A stretch of 64,000 nucleotides of DNA from Planctomycetota bacterium. Its GTDB lineage: Bacteria; Planctomycetota; Planctomycetia; JALXBF01. The translations under genes were made by a program, and so were the position numbers. Below, in pieces: positions 1 through 11,026 of this stretch (positions are counted from its first letter, which is position 1; each line of letters starts with the position of its first letter). Below the pieces are notes generated by a model. It saw only the letters and a program-made list of their open reading frames with translations, did no database searches and was not told the origin of the DNA. The stretch is taken from contig JALXBF010000069.1 in assembly GCA_026991575.1 (NCBI GenBank), positions 1-64,000 on the forward strand, in the 5' to 3' direction.

Positions 1-246
1 GGCGTGTCCGCGGGGAGGCGCAGCTTTCACTGCGCGTGGTCTGGGACTGAGTCCGTAGGCAGCGCCCGCGGGCCCGCAGGCACCGGCCATTCCTGTCGTG
101 GACGTGGCCAGGGAGCGGTGCAGAGAGCAGCCCTAGGTAAGCCGAGAAATTTGTGGGGCAGACGGAGCCTTGCGCAGGCATCCGCAAGTGGTCCCGGGAC
201 CAATCGGTGAGCGCCGCGAGCGCAAACCAAGTGATGGCGAGCTAGC

Positions 247-1422
247 ATGGACTTAGGGCGAACGATAGCAGCGGTAGTATTCTTCCTTAGTTTCGTAACA
301 CTGGGCTACTCGTTCCTAGGATACCCGTTGCTGATGGCACTATTGGCATGGCTGAGGCCTCGGCCATGGGCGAGGGACGAGTCGATCGAGCCCAGGGTTT
401 CTGTGTTGGTATGTGCCCACAACGAGGAGGGGACAATCGGAGCGCGTATCGAGAACCTCTTATCCCAGGACTACCCACTCGAAAAGCTCCAGATCTTGGT
501 TGGATCCGACGGGTCAACTGATAGCACTGAATCGATCATCCGATCGTACGTGGGGCCCAACGTGACGGCTATCTGCAGGGCGCGCCAACGCGGCAAGTCC
601 CTTCTCCTGAACGAGCTTGCCGCGGTTGCGAGCGGTGAAATCCTGGTGTTTACAGACGCTAATACGAGGTTCGATTCGCACGCGATACGTAGGCTGGTTC
701 GGCACTTCGCTGATCCTGCCATCGGGTACGTGTCTGGCTATCAGGGTTACAGCGATACAGGATCGAGTGTCGGCCGCGCAGAAAGTCTGTACACGCGCTA
801 CGAGAACAGGCTCGCGGCGTGGGAGAGTGTTGTGTCAAGCCGCGTAGGCGCCGACGGCGCAATATTCGCCCTCAGGAAGGAGTTGTTTTGCCAGTTAGCT
901 GCGGACGATATCAACGATCTCGTTCTGCCGCTCGCAGCGGTGTTGGAGGGCTACCGCGGCGTCCATGACACCGAGGCACGAGCGTGGGAGACCACGACGG
1001 GCGACTTCGGAGCGGAGTTCTGGCGGCGAGTGCGTATCGCGAACCGTGGCTGGCGTGCTGTGTGGCGGATGAGAGCAGCGCTAGACCCGAGGCGCACGGG
1101 CATGTTCGCCCTCCAGTTGGCGTCACACCGTTTGCTACGGTGGCTGGGGGCCTACTTTGCAGTGGTGATGTTCATCGCAAACACCGCCCTGCTCGCGGGG
1201 CCACCGGTGTGGTGGGTTCCGTGGGTCGGTCAAGGTGTCTTCTACCTGGCGGCAGGACTGGCAGCGGTGCTTCCCCCCCTGCGCAGGCTTGCGCCATTCC
1301 GGCTGCCATACTACGTTTGCCTGATGTATCTGGGAGCGGCGGTCGGGGTGGCAACAGCTATGTGCGGGGTGCGGGTTGCAACGTGGCGACCGGTCCGAAC
1401 CGGGCCGGTCCCGCACGGGTGA
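247..1422 (+). CDS. Glycosyltransferase family 2 (membrane-anchored, CESA-like)
   Basis: N-terminal TM helix, 'VSVLVCAHNEE', 'SDGSTD', 'FTDAN' DxD, 'DDL', 'RRVRI' (QxxRW-like) and C-terminal TM helices. Confidence 0.9.
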   Translation: MDLGRTIAAVVFFLSFVTLGYSFLGYPLLMALLAWLRPRPWARDESIEPRVSVLVCAHNEEGTIGARIENLLSQDYPLEKLQILVGSDGSTDSTESIIRSYVGPNVTAICRARQRGKSLLLNELAAVASGEILVFTDANTRFDSHAIRRLVRHFADPAIGYVSGYQGYSDTGSSVGRAESLYTRYENRLAAWESVVSSRVGADGAIFALRKELFCQLAADDINDLVLPLAAVLEGYRGVHDTEARAWETTTGDFGAEFWRRVRIANRGWRAVWRMRAALDPRRTGMFALQLASHRLLRWLGAYFAVVMFIANTALLAGPPVWWVPWVGQGVFYLAAGLAAVLPPLRRLAPFRLPYYVCLMYLGAAVGVATAMCGVRVATWRPVRTGPVPHG

Positions 1423-1973
1423 CGGACGTGGAACGGTCGCCGGGGCGAGGAACGAGCGCTTGCTCGAAGAGGCGCCGAAGCAGCCCGGCCGGACTGGACA
1501 CTTGTGCTGCCGCGATCCGACGACGATGTGGGACAGCTAGGTTGCCCCGGCGGTTGCTGGACTAACCGCGAAGGAACGCGAATCCCTTGCAGAAGTGCGC
1601 AAAGCTATCCGGTGTCGGACGGATCCGTGTGCTAGGGCTTTGAGAGGGTCTGGGAGAAGAATGAGCGCTCGGGACAATTGAGGTGCCAGGCGGCAGCGAC
1701 GAGCGCCTTCTTCCTAGTCCTGCCTCTGCCCTGGTGGCTCAGCCGGAGGGGAACGATCGCAGCTCGTCGGGCCGTCTCGGTAAGACCAGGTGGGCGGCAA
1801 GAGATTGGGAAAAGTGGGGCGAGTGGCCACCGGCGCGAAGGCAGGTGAGCGTATTCCTGGTCCCTTTCAGTTGCTCGATCCGGCCGTGGGTGGTGCCCTC
1901 GTGCTGTGTCCTTCCAATTGCTGTGACCGCCTTCGGTTATCAGCGATTCTGGTTTCACGCCACGTGATTCCAT

Positions 1974-1989
1974 TGGCGCAGTCAATGCT
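1974..1989 (+). promoter_or_regulatory. Possible sigma-54 (-24/-12) promoter
   Basis: TGGCGC-AGTCA-ATGCT fits the TGGCAC-N5-TTGC spacing, ~100 nt upstream of the next CDS. Short motif, so a chance match is possible. Confidence 0.25.
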
Positions 1990-2080
1990 TCCTGCACCAA
2001 CTGGATAGGTGTGACTGCCCGTCCAAGCATGGAGCGGGACCTAGTGCGGCCTGCAAAGCAGGTGCCGCGACGCGAGCCCG

Positions 2081-3736
2081 ATGAGAACGTCTTCCAAATA
2101 CGGCATGACCCGCGCAATGGCCTTTGCACTGCGACATCTTGGGCTAGCGCTTTGCCTCGCCGCAGCAGTTACCATCCGCTTGGCTCTGTTTTCTGGGTTT
2201 CAGGGACATGATGATCGGAACTATCTGTACTATGCGCTGATGTTCGCGCGCACGGGTGAACCAGACAGAGCATACCTAACCCCTTGGGCAGGTCGCATTG
2301 GAGCATGGCTGCCTCTCGCTGCTGCATTGACAGTTGGCGATGGCTTTACGCTCAGTTGGTATTCGCTGTGCTGCTCGGTCGTAAACGTCATCATTGCATA
2401 CGCGCTTGGTTGGCACCTCGCTCGCCGTCGCGCTGTAGCAGTCGCCGCAGCACTTCTTGTGGCCTGCTATCCGCTCGACGTAATATTTGGGACGGCTCCC
2501 TACGTGGATGTGCCCCATGGCCTGTGGTGTACTGCCTCCTTGTTGTTGCTATGGTTATCGTTCGCCAGGCGCAAAACCTGCCTGGCGGTAGGCGCGGGAC
2601 TAAGCGCTGGGATCGCATGGCTCCACAAGGAAACGGCAGTGTTGCTCATTCCAGCAGCCTTCGTGCTTTGGTGGAAAATGGGACGGCAGGTGCGGCTAGG
2701 CCTCGCCGCGTGCGCCGCGGGAATGGCGGTCGTCGCTGCTGAAGGTGCTTTTTGGGCAAGCTACGGGGAGAGCCCGCTACACCGTTTCGAGACGATCTTG
2801 ACAGAGAGCGTGGCTGACCGGGACCCCGGGGGGAAAGCCCCGGCCATCGTGCGGGCGTGGATCCTTGGCCGTGGCGTGCGCCCGGTACCTCGCATCGTTG
2901 AGCCGTTCGTCATGGTTGTGACGCACCATGAGTTTGCTGTGCACTTCCTGGTCGGACTGGTGGGCCTTGTCTGGGGGTGCCGGCACCAATGCGGGCTCAC
3001 ATCGTCGCTAGCCGTCAGTGCGCTTGCCCTGGTGCTGACCGTTGCGTACCTGCCGGTCTTCCCGCCGTGGCCTCTCCTTTGCATGCCCCGGTACTACACA
3101 GTTGTCACTCCGATAGCGTGTGCATTCGCGGCGGCGTGGATGTACCGGATGGGCGTGCGGTGGCGGTGGGCGCTTGTTGCTGGGTGTGTCGCTGTCGCTA
3201 TGCTGTGCCTTGGCGTCGACGGCAGCCGCTACAAGTTGGCGAGCGAGAAGGGACTTCTTCAGATGGTGCGGCGGTATCCGAGCGTGGCGTTTTATGCACA
3301 TCCGCAGACGGTCTGGCGGGTGGCGGTGATCAACGGACTTGCCCTTCCGCCTAACCTCGGGGTTCACTCGCTGACAAGTAGCCGGCACGCGAACTCGTAT
3401 GTCACGGCGACGAACGCGTGGCCAAGCCTACCAAAGCTCGACGACACAGACGACCAGGCGTTGGAGCATGCCGTCGTATGCGTAGCGGGCAAGCGCAAGT
3501 TGAGGCGGATACTGAAGAAAGATCCGACGCTTAGAGTAGTCGCTGACATAGACCGTCCACTCCCGTTGATCGGACGCGCATTGAGGGAGGGTTGGGTACA
3601 CCCGTGGCTGAGGGACGCAGTGATGGAGCGTCTACGTGCAAGCGCCGGCGGGTCCCTCTTTCTGCTCCGACGGACGCCGCAGGCAGAACCAGCTCACTCG
3701 CAGTCGGCTGCAGCAGGAGATCCGGCCGGTGGCTAG
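2081..3736 (+). CDS. ArnT/PMT-like (GT39/GT-C) integral membrane glycosyltransferase; the true start may be a few codons downstream
   Basis: Many TM segments, first-loop 'GHDDRNY', 'YVDVP', 'LHKETA' and 'PRYY', typical of the PMT_2/ArnT family. Confidence 0.75.
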   Translation: MRTSSKYGMTRAMAFALRHLGLALCLAAAVTIRLALFSGFQGHDDRNYLYYALMFARTGEPDRAYLTPWAGRIGAWLPLAAALTVGDGFTLSWYSLCCSVVNVIIAYALGWHLARRRAVAVAAALLVACYPLDVIFGTAPYVDVPHGLWCTASLLLLWLSFARRKTCLAVGAGLSAGIAWLHKETAVLLIPAAFVLWWKMGRQVRLGLAACAAGMAVVAAEGAFWASYGESPLHRFETILTESVADRDPGGKAPAIVRAWILGRGVRPVPRIVEPFVMVVTHHEFAVHFLVGLVGLVWGCRHQCGLTSSLAVSALALVLTVAYLPVFPPWPLLCMPRYYTVVTPIACAFAAAWMYRMGVRWRWALVAGCVAVAMLCLGVDGSRYKLASEKGLLQMVRRYPSVAFYAHPQTVWRVAVINGLALPPNLGVHSLTSSRHANSYVTATNAWPSLPKLDDTDDQALEHAVVCVAGKRKLRRILKKDPTLRVVADIDRPLPLIGRALREGWVHPWLRDAVMERLRASAGGSLFLLRRTPQAEPAHSQSAAAGDPAGG

Positions 3737-4679
3737 AGAGGGGGGGCTGCACGAGCGGAAGCCTAGCTGGGGTGCGGCCGGCGGTATCCTGAAAGCGCGC
3801 GGGCGCGCGCATGCCGCGCGAAACAGGCCAGCGAAGTGCCCTCTGTGCACTGTCCGCCATGGTCAATACGGCTCTAGCGACCGGGGCCTGATGGATTCGG
3901 ACGGGATCCCTTGACACTGGGTGAGGTCTGGGCAGTGGGGGATGGGGTGTTGTCCTCCGCCGTCGCTACGGGACGCGCCTCACAGGGTTAAGGGGCGCCG
4001 TCGGCGATGCGCGAATGGAAGTTCATGCAACGACGCTGGTACTCGCTGTTGTGTGAGGTCGAGGGAGCGAGCGACGTTAGCAGCCTGCTGCAGCAGGCTT
4101 GGTTACGTCGGTGCTCAGGATCCCTGAGGTGGGACCTGGCGTGCGCGAACGCAGCGGCGGAGAGGCGCGGCGGTTACCCTGGAGCGAATCGCATCGTTAG
4201 GCTGGCGACGCAGGGTTCCAGCCAGAAGCATCCGGACGAACCGTGGGAGGGGCGCCGTTGTCGGATGGAGCCGAGGGCACTAGCCGCAAAGCTGGCCGCC
4301 CGGTGCGGCAGGCAGCGTTGCCGAGGCCGATGGCGATAGCCCAGGACTGAACTCCCTGGACGGGGAAACGCCTCGTTCGAGTCGTGCTGGATCGTTTGTG
4401 GCACGGCCGGCGATAGCAACGGTATCGCGGTACCTCCCCAACTGCGTATTCCTCCGGCATGCACGGAACGGGTGTGAGGTGAAGCCCGGGTCGAACGCCG
4501 GCGCCGTAGATCACGTCCGGCGCCTCGACGTAACCGTTCACGGGGCGCAGACGGGTGGCGCGGGGCCAGGAACGAGGTGAGGTTGAGCGGCGTGGGTAGT
4601 GCTTGATGGGTATTGGTAGATATAGAGGTAGTCAGTGGCGTCAGGTGGCAGGTTCGGGAAGAAGCCGGGGAGGCTGTCT

Positions 4680-5200
4680 TCCTTGGCGATAGGCAAGCAG
4701 TGCTTCCGTGAGGAAGGTTCGGATACAGCGGCCAATTTGTCGGCACGTCTCGGCGATGCTCAGCAGCCGTTCTGTGCAGCGAGCACCAGATTCGGTGTCG
4801 TTACCGAAGCTGATCTTCTGGTAGCTTGGCCAGCCCGGAACGGGGGAAGTGCGAATGTTGCGGATGAGAGCGAACTGTGCCCAGACGCGATAGTGGCTCG
4901 GTGGTCACGGTCGACGAGTCCGAAAGCTTGGCACCGACGAGCATGTGAGGCCTTCCCGTCCGGACATGCGAATCGGCAGTTCCTCAGGATGCAACGTCGC
5001 CGCAAAGTTGGGGAACTCTTGCCATTGCTCCAGGGGCAATTGGAGCACCGGCGTCGGAACAACCAGCGGATTCACTTCATGCTGAACAACGCCGCGTTCC
5101 ACGAGTCGCAGCCCTTGCACGAGTGCGTCCCGAAAAAGACTGACTGATTGATGCGTTGGTTCCTAGAGTTGTCCCGAGGTGACTCGAAGCGGTTGGAGGG
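4680..5200 (+). mobile_element. Degenerate IS630-family transposase remnant (pseudogene); boundaries approximate
   Basis: Translation gives 'VADESELCPDAIVARW' (first DDE Asp region) and 'RIHFMLNNAAFHES' (cf. IHLILDNAxxHKS). After a stop and frameshift comes 'FL..CPEV' (cf. FLPxYCPELNPIE). Confidence 0.6.
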
Positions 5201-5297
5201 GACCTAGCAGACCCCTTCCGTAGCAGCCATTGCCCCGCATAGTGTGCGGTTTCGCACTTTTGGATTCGATTGGTTACTGTAGCCGTGTGCCCTTCTG

Positions 5298-6677
5298 ATG
5301 ATGATTTCTGACTCGTTACCGATCACGGGTGCTGAGCGAGTGGTGCTGCACGGTCGAGCCCTGCTGGACGAGGGCGACGGGGAAGTCCAGTCAGCTAGTT
5401 CTCGCGGGGTTGGCTTGCGAGGAGAGAGTGTTTCCTTTCGCGTAGTCTCGATGAGCTGCTCGTTTCCAAGCAGGGTGACGCCAATCCCCGGGACGTTCGT
5501 GGCGGAGCGCATCAGTGCCGTCAACAGGTGGACTCGGGCGGCGTGCACAGTGATAGCGCCGACGCCGTATTTCCCACCCATTAACATCCACCGTAGATGG
5601 TATATACACGCCATCCAACCTGTGCGTGACTGCGTAAAGGGTGTATGTGTCATAAGGCCGCGGTTCTTGCACATTCCGCGAGTAGGCATCATCCACCAAG
5701 CACGCGCGATCGCTCAAGCCGCGGCTCCGCTGGTTGCTGGCCTCGCGCGGACGGGGCTGCCCTGTATCCTGGACGCACATTTCGTGTACCCAACGGGCGC
5801 GGCGGCAGCAAGGCTTGCCCGGCGCTATGGGCTGCCGCTGGTCATTACCGGACGAGGAGAAGACATAATCGAGATGGTAGAACATCCCCTGCTGCGACGG
5901 GAAATCACGACGGCACTTTGTACAGCGGACGCAGCTATAGCTGTAAGCCACGATATCGGCTACCGAATGCGCAGGTTGGTCGGGGAGCGTGTGCCGGTCT
6001 ACGTCATTCCTAATGGTGTCGATACAGCCCGGTTCGCCCCGCGCGATCCGAGGATGGCGCGGTGCCAGCTGGGCTTGCCTCAGGGTGGTCGGCTAGTTGT
6101 TACAGTTGGATATCGTATTGCTCTCAAGGGGCACGATATCGTGATCCGTGCACTGGCGCGGCTGGTGCGTGCGGGGCAAGACGTTGCTCTCTGTATCGTA
6201 GGCGGCCAGGCTAGCTGGGAGCCAGACACGCTGCCGTTGCTGGAGCGCGTTGCTCGGGAGGAGGGCGTGCGTGAACGTGTCATTTTCGCCGGGGCACAGC
6301 CTCCGGAGGCACTGCCTCTGTGGTACGGCGCGGGCGATGTGTTCTGCCTGGCAACTCGCCGCGAAGGCTGCCCTAACGTCGTGCTGGAAGCATTGGCGTG
6401 CGGCCGCCCTGTGGTTGCAACCGCGGTGGGCGAGATTCCGCGCCTGGTGCAAGATGGGGTAAACGGCTTCGTGGTGCCCGAACGATCGGTGGAAGCGTTC
6501 GCAGCCGCTCTCGAGAGGGCACTACAACAAAGGTGGTCCGCCCAGGAGGTGCGCAGTACGATCGTCGCACGCACGTGGCGGTCGGTCGCACTCGAGGTTG
6601 AGAGTGTTTTCCTCGACGTTCTGCGTCGGCGCGGCCGGCGGTTGAATGGGAAGCCTGCTGGCGCTACGGAGATATAA
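5298..6677 (+). CDS. Glycosyltransferase family 4 (TuaC/WlbH-like); the true start is probably further downstream
   Basis: 'DAHFVYPTG', 'IPNGVD', 'KGHD' and 'EGCPNVVLEALACGRPVVAT' (EX7E motif). Confidence 0.9.
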   Translation: MMISDSLPITGAERVVLHGRALLDEGDGEVQSASSRGVGLRGESVSFRVVSMSCSFPSRVTPIPGTFVAERISAVNRWTRAACTVIAPTPYFPPINIHRRWYIHAIQPVRDCVKGVCVIRPRFLHIPRVGIIHQARAIAQAAAPLVAGLARTGLPCILDAHFVYPTGAAAARLARRYGLPLVITGRGEDIIEMVEHPLLRREITTALCTADAAIAVSHDIGYRMRRLVGERVPVYVIPNGVDTARFAPRDPRMARCQLGLPQGGRLVVTVGYRIALKGHDIVIRALARLVRAGQDVALCIVGGQASWEPDTLPLLERVAREEGVRERVIFAGAQPPEALPLWYGAGDVFCLATRREGCPNVVLEALACGRPVVATAVGEIPRLVQDGVNGFVVPERSVEAFAAALERALQQRWSAQEVRSTIVARTWRSVALEVESVFLDVLRRRGRRLNGKPAGATEI

Positions 6678-6807
6678 CGCTCAAGAGGGAGTGGCTTCAC
6701 CTCGAGAAGACGGCACGCAGCAAAGTAGTGGCGCGAGCCAGGTAGCGGACTGTGACGTTTCACACCGTCGCATCCCGGGTTGGCAGGTAGCGGGACCGGA
6801 AAGGACA

Positions 6808-9015
6808 ATGGCCGAGCAGGTTTTTCTCCAAAAGAGGCTGTTGGGGGGCAGCACCGTCCGGGTTATTCGGGTGCCGCAGCCGAGTGTGGATGAGTGCGAT
6901 GTCCTAATCCGTGTGCGGTTTTCTCTGATTAGCACTGGAACAGAATTAGCCGCGGCACGAAGGGGAGCAGCAGAGGCCATTGCTGCACGCATTCGGGACC
7001 AGACCCAGCGAGCGGAGGCGCTGCGCTTGGTCCGGCGCATGGGAATCAGGGGTACACTGGGCGTTGTGCGCGAGAAACTGCTGGCTCGTGACCCGACAGG
7101 ATATTCTGGCTGCGGTACTGTTGTAGCGGTTGGCTCACGCGTGGACGGCGTAGCGGTAGGGGATCTGGTCGCGTACGCTGGAAGCCCCCATGCGAGCACG
7201 GTGCGTGCGGGCAAGAATCTCGTGGTGCGGGTTCCACCCGGAGTGCAGCCGGATGATGCCGCAGCAGTGGCGGTAGGCGCCATTGCATTGCACGCGGTAC
7301 GCCGTGCAGAGATCCAAGTGGGCGATGTGGTTGCTGTGTTCGGGCTGGGTCTGGTAGGGCAGTTGGTTGCTCAGATAGCGCGTGCGGCCGGTGCGTACGT
7401 GCTAGGCATCGACCCGCTGCCCGAGCGGCGGAGCCTCGCTCAGAAGCTCGGTGCTTCCGCCGTCAGCCCGCCCCATGCAGTGCACCCGTTACAGAGCACA
7501 AATCTACCGACCAAAGCCGTCGACAAGGCGATTGTATGCGCCGCAGGCGGGGGCAGCGACATCTATGCCAAAGCAGCTGCTATCCTCCGGGACCGTGGCA
7601 CCATCGTGGCTGTTGGTGCCGTTCCGCTGGAACTGCCTCGAGAGCTCTTCTACTACAAGGAGATAGACCTCCGCCTCTCTCGCTCCTACGGCCCGGGCCG
7701 GTACGACCCGTCCTATGAGCAGCACGGGATTTCCTACCCCCGAGGGTACATACGCTGGACCGAGCGCGAGAACATGGCCGAATTCCTTCGGCTTGTGGCT
7801 ACCGGAAAGGTCCAAGTTCGCCCGCTCGTTGCGCGAACCTTCAAAGTATCCGAGGCCGCAGCCGCATATGAGTTCCTGCAGCGGGCCACACCTAGACCGG
7901 TGGCCGTCCTGCTCGACTTTATGGACGCCGAAGCACATTCGCGGCACAGCTCTGGCCCGCGTCTGGACGGGTCGATCTCGCAGCGTGCGGAGACCGGACG
8001 TATATGCGTTGGTATCGTCGGGGCATCCCATATCGTACGACGTATCCACCTGCCGAATATGGCCCGGCACCCCCGTGTGACGGTACGCAAGCTCTTGTCC
8101 ACTACCCCCGAAGCCTATGCGCAGCTAATAGGGAGGCTTACGCAGGGCGTGGAATTGATATCAGACGCACGCGAGCTGCTCGAGGATCGAGACATTAACG
8201 TGATACTAGTAGCCAACCGAGATAAGCAACACGCTGGCTGGGTCCTGCGGGCTGTTGAACATGGCAAACACGTCTACTGTGAGAAGCCCATCGCGACCAG
8301 CTGCGAGGAGTGCTTGCGACTACTGAGCGCGCTCGAATCGAGCACCGTCAAATGCACGGTTGGGTTCAACCGACGATGTGCGCCGTTGGCCCAGGAAGCT
8401 GTGCGCCGGTTCCAAGAGGCGGCCGATCGACCACTGCTGGTCGAGTACGTGGTGTGCACAGGCGGGCTGGCGCGAGACCGTTGGATCTTTGACCCCCGGT
8501 GGGGAGCGGGACCGATCGTCGGAGAAGCGTGCCATTTCATCGATTTTGCGCGCTGGGTATTCGACGCTAATCCTGTGGTCGTGAGCGGGACGCGGCTAGG
8601 CGAGCCAGTACCCGACCACCTCGTGCAGGACCTTTTCGTACAGCTGCACTTTCCAGAGGGCCGGTCCGCCACCATCAGATATTGCAGCGAGAGCCCAGGC
8701 GATTTTGCGAAAGAGAGGGTCGTGTTGCGCGGGGAAAGGACCGTTGTGGAGATCCGCGACTTCGAGTCCCTCAGAGTGTTGGCTCCAGAGAGACTCGAGA
8801 AGACGCTGCGAGTCCAGGACAAGGGTCACGGAGCGTTCCTGGCTGCATTCGTCGACGCGGTGGCTGGGTCGGGTCCGTTAGTGTGCAACTGGGAGGACGG
8901 GCTTTGGGCAAGCGTGCTAGCGCTACTGGCATTGCGCTCCGCAAGACTCGGGTACCCGATCGGTGTTCCAGGAGACTTGCGCGGGGCGATCGAGCAGGTG
9001 CACCGGTTGTCGTAG
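6808..9015 (+). CDS. Bi-domain oxidoreductase (MDR/Zn-ADH-like + Gfo/Idh/MocA), typical of polysaccharide loci
   Basis: 'SLISTGTE', 'GLGLVGQL', 'SRSYGPGRYD', 'RWTERENM'; second domain has 'CEKP', 'VGFNRR', 'GEACHFID'. ATG 6808 follows AAGGA; the ORF track starts at 6646. Confidence 0.9.
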   Translation: MAEQVFLQKRLLGGSTVRVIRVPQPSVDECDVLIRVRFSLISTGTELAAARRGAAEAIAARIRDQTQRAEALRLVRRMGIRGTLGVVREKLLARDPTGYSGCGTVVAVGSRVDGVAVGDLVAYAGSPHASTVRAGKNLVVRVPPGVQPDDAAAVAVGAIALHAVRRAEIQVGDVVAVFGLGLVGQLVAQIARAAGAYVLGIDPLPERRSLAQKLGASAVSPPHAVHPLQSTNLPTKAVDKAIVCAAGGGSDIYAKAAAILRDRGTIVAVGAVPLELPRELFYYKEIDLRLSRSYGPGRYDPSYEQHGISYPRGYIRWTERENMAEFLRLVATGKVQVRPLVARTFKVSEAAAAYEFLQRATPRPVAVLLDFMDAEAHSRHSSGPRLDGSISQRAETGRICVGIVGASHIVRRIHLPNMARHPRVTVRKLLSTTPEAYAQLIGRLTQGVELISDARELLEDRDINVILVANRDKQHAGWVLRAVEHGKHVYCEKPIATSCEECLRLLSALESSTVKCTVGFNRRCAPLAQEAVRRFQEAADRPLLVEYVVCTGGLARDRWIFDPRWGAGPIVGEACHFIDFARWVFDANPVVVSGTRLGEPVPDHLVQDLFVQLHFPEGRSATIRYCSESPGDFAKERVVLRGERTVVEIRDFESLRVLAPERLEKTLRVQDKGHGAFLAAFVDAVAGSGPLVCNWEDGLWASVLALLALRSARLGYPIGVPGDLRGAIEQVHRLS

Positions 9016-9088
9016 TGTTGCAGGGACGCGCAAGAGGTCTGCCGGGAAAGGGGGATGTACGAGCCGGACATGGTAAAGAGGTGCAAGC

Positions 9089-9871
9089 ATGTCCTTAGCT
9101 AGGTACGCCGCCAAGTACAGAATTTATGGGCACCGATATGAACGCGACCGGTACGCCGCACCGCACATGCAGGCCTATCAAAAGACTCGGTCAGACACCA
9201 TTATCACATCCATCCAGCGGCTCGGTCATCAGAATGGAGCTCGGCGGATAGTGGAGGTCGGATGTGGAACAGGGATCGTGCTGCGCGATCTAGCGGCCGC
9301 CTTCCCGGATTGGGAGATCATCGGTATCGACGCCTCACGCACAATGCTGGATCAAGCGCGGCGGCGAACAGCAGCGCTGCCTAATGTGCGGCTCGTGGTC
9401 GGCTCTGCCGACGCCGTGCCTCTGCCGGACAGCTCGGTGGATGCGATTGTGGCTGTGCGATTCATGCATCTATTCCGGCCTTCAGGGCGGAAGCGGCTGG
9501 TGGGGGAATTCCGCCGTCTTCTGCGGGACGGGGGGATGCTACTGCTCGAGTTCTACAATCGGCCGGTTCACATGCTGAGGTATATTCTTCTAATGCTTTG
9601 CATGAGGAGGCCGCCTAGCACCTACCAGCACCATTATCCAACGCGACGGGAGATCGTGTCGTTGCTCGGGGGAGAAGTCCGGTTCGTACCGGTGAGGGCC
9701 GCGGGATCGCGTCTGTGGCACGCCCTGGGTGGCGATAAGGGCGTGCAGATGTGGCTCGAGACTTGTCGGACCGTGCCCGGTGGCTGGCTATTCGTAGACG
9801 AGTATATTGCTGTGTCCGGACAACATAATGGCTCGGGAGAGGCTGGCACAGCTCGGCCGACCGTTCGCTAA
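9089..9871 (+). CDS. Class I SAM-dependent methyltransferase
   Basis: 'IVEVGCGTG', 'GIDASRTML', 'PLPDSSVDAI' and 'LRDGGMLLL'. Confidence 0.88.
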   Translation: MSLARYAAKYRIYGHRYERDRYAAPHMQAYQKTRSDTIITSIQRLGHQNGARRIVEVGCGTGIVLRDLAAAFPDWEIIGIDASRTMLDQARRRTAALPNVRLVVGSADAVPLPDSSVDAIVAVRFMHLFRPSGRKRLVGEFRRLLRDGGMLLLEFYNRPVHMLRYILLMLCMRRPPSTYQHHYPTRREIVSLLGGEVRFVPVRAAGSRLWHALGGDKGVQMWLETCRTVPGGWLFVDEYIAVSGQHNGSGEAGTARPTVR

Positions 9872-10814
9872 GCCGTGTTTGGAGCGGTGGCTTAAGTTTG
9901 CGGATGTGGCGCGGCGCCGGGATGTGCGCACAGCGCTGGAGGAGTTGCGGCGCGCCGAACGGGTACGGCTGGTCAGTTGCGACCGGAACGTGGTGGCGGC
10001 TACGAGATCGCGCGAAGAGCCGCGTCTGACGTACCTTAAGGTCCGGCTGAAAGACGGCACATTGCCTATAGAGCGAGAGTACGTGGCATGCTTGACACTG
10101 AAGCATGCCTTGTATCCGCTACGAGCCGTGGCAGAGCGGTGGGCGGTATCGGTGAATCCTCCACTCGTCGCGACCGAGCAAGCGGGGACGTCGAGCCTGA
10201 GCCGGCTCCTGTACGCGGCACTTTGTCTGAGATTCGAGAGCCGTGCGGTGCTCGTCTTCTCGAGGCTGGCGCAGGTTCTTGCGGCGATGCACCGTACGGG
10301 GCCTGGGACTGGACCAGAAGCCCATGTGCGCGTGGAAGGTATGCTATACCACCTCCCTCGGCGCTACCGGACCGCGGTGACCCATTCCCTTGGTGCGCTG
10401 TACGGTAACGGTGCACAGATGCGGGCGTACATCCATGGAAACCTCGGCTGGCGGAACATCCGGCTTTCCGGTGCTCGACCGGTCCTGATTGACTTTGAAA
10501 ATGCGGGCATCGGTCATCCGTACCACGACGTCGGCCAGATTCTAGGCCAGCTCGTGCTCGCTAGCTTCCACCCTATGGGCAGTCCCAAGATGGTGTACCG
10601 CTTGAGCGAAACCTTTGCGAATAGCTACCTCGCGGCTGGAGGCTACTCGAGGAATATCGACCAGTGGTGGGAACTACTCGGATGCGTCTGGGCATGTCTC
10701 CTTGTTGGCTCCCAACTCAGACGGTCGGAGCAGCTGACCATTGGGGGGGCACCCATCCACTGCCGCAGGGTTCTGAGCATCCTATACCAGCGTCTGTGCC
10801 GCTTGCTGTCCTGA
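9828..10814 (+). CDS. Aminoglycoside phosphotransferase/choline-kinase-like protein
   Basis: 'LAAMH', 'HGNLGWRNI' and 'LIDFE...GHPYHDVG'; overlaps the end of the upstream methyltransferase. Confidence 0.65.
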   Translation: MARERLAQLGRPFAKPCLERWLKFADVARRRDVRTALEELRRAERVRLVSCDRNVVAATRSREEPRLTYLKVRLKDGTLPIEREYVACLTLKHALYPLRAVAERWAVSVNPPLVATEQAGTSSLSRLLYAALCLRFESRAVLVFSRLAQVLAAMHRTGPGTGPEAHVRVEGMLYHLPRRYRTAVTHSLGALYGNGAQMRAYIHGNLGWRNIRLSGARPVLIDFENAGIGHPYHDVGQILGQLVLASFHPMGSPKMVYRLSETFANSYLAAGGYSRNIDQWWELLGCVWACLLVGSQLRRSEQLTIGGAPIHCRRVLSILYQRLCRLLS

Positions 10815-11026
10815 AAAGTCCCTTGCTGCGCGGAACCGTCGCGTATCCGCCTTTTCGGCTTGGCTGTGACGTTACCGCTGGCTGGCACGGACAACGAACG
10901 GTTTCGGTGGAAGATAGACAAGAGGCAATGGGCTGCTCCAACGGCTGAAACCCAGGCTGGCACCGTCTGGCGGACACCCCGTGGCACGTAGGACCTTGTC
11001 CCACACTCCTGACTGATACTGAAATA

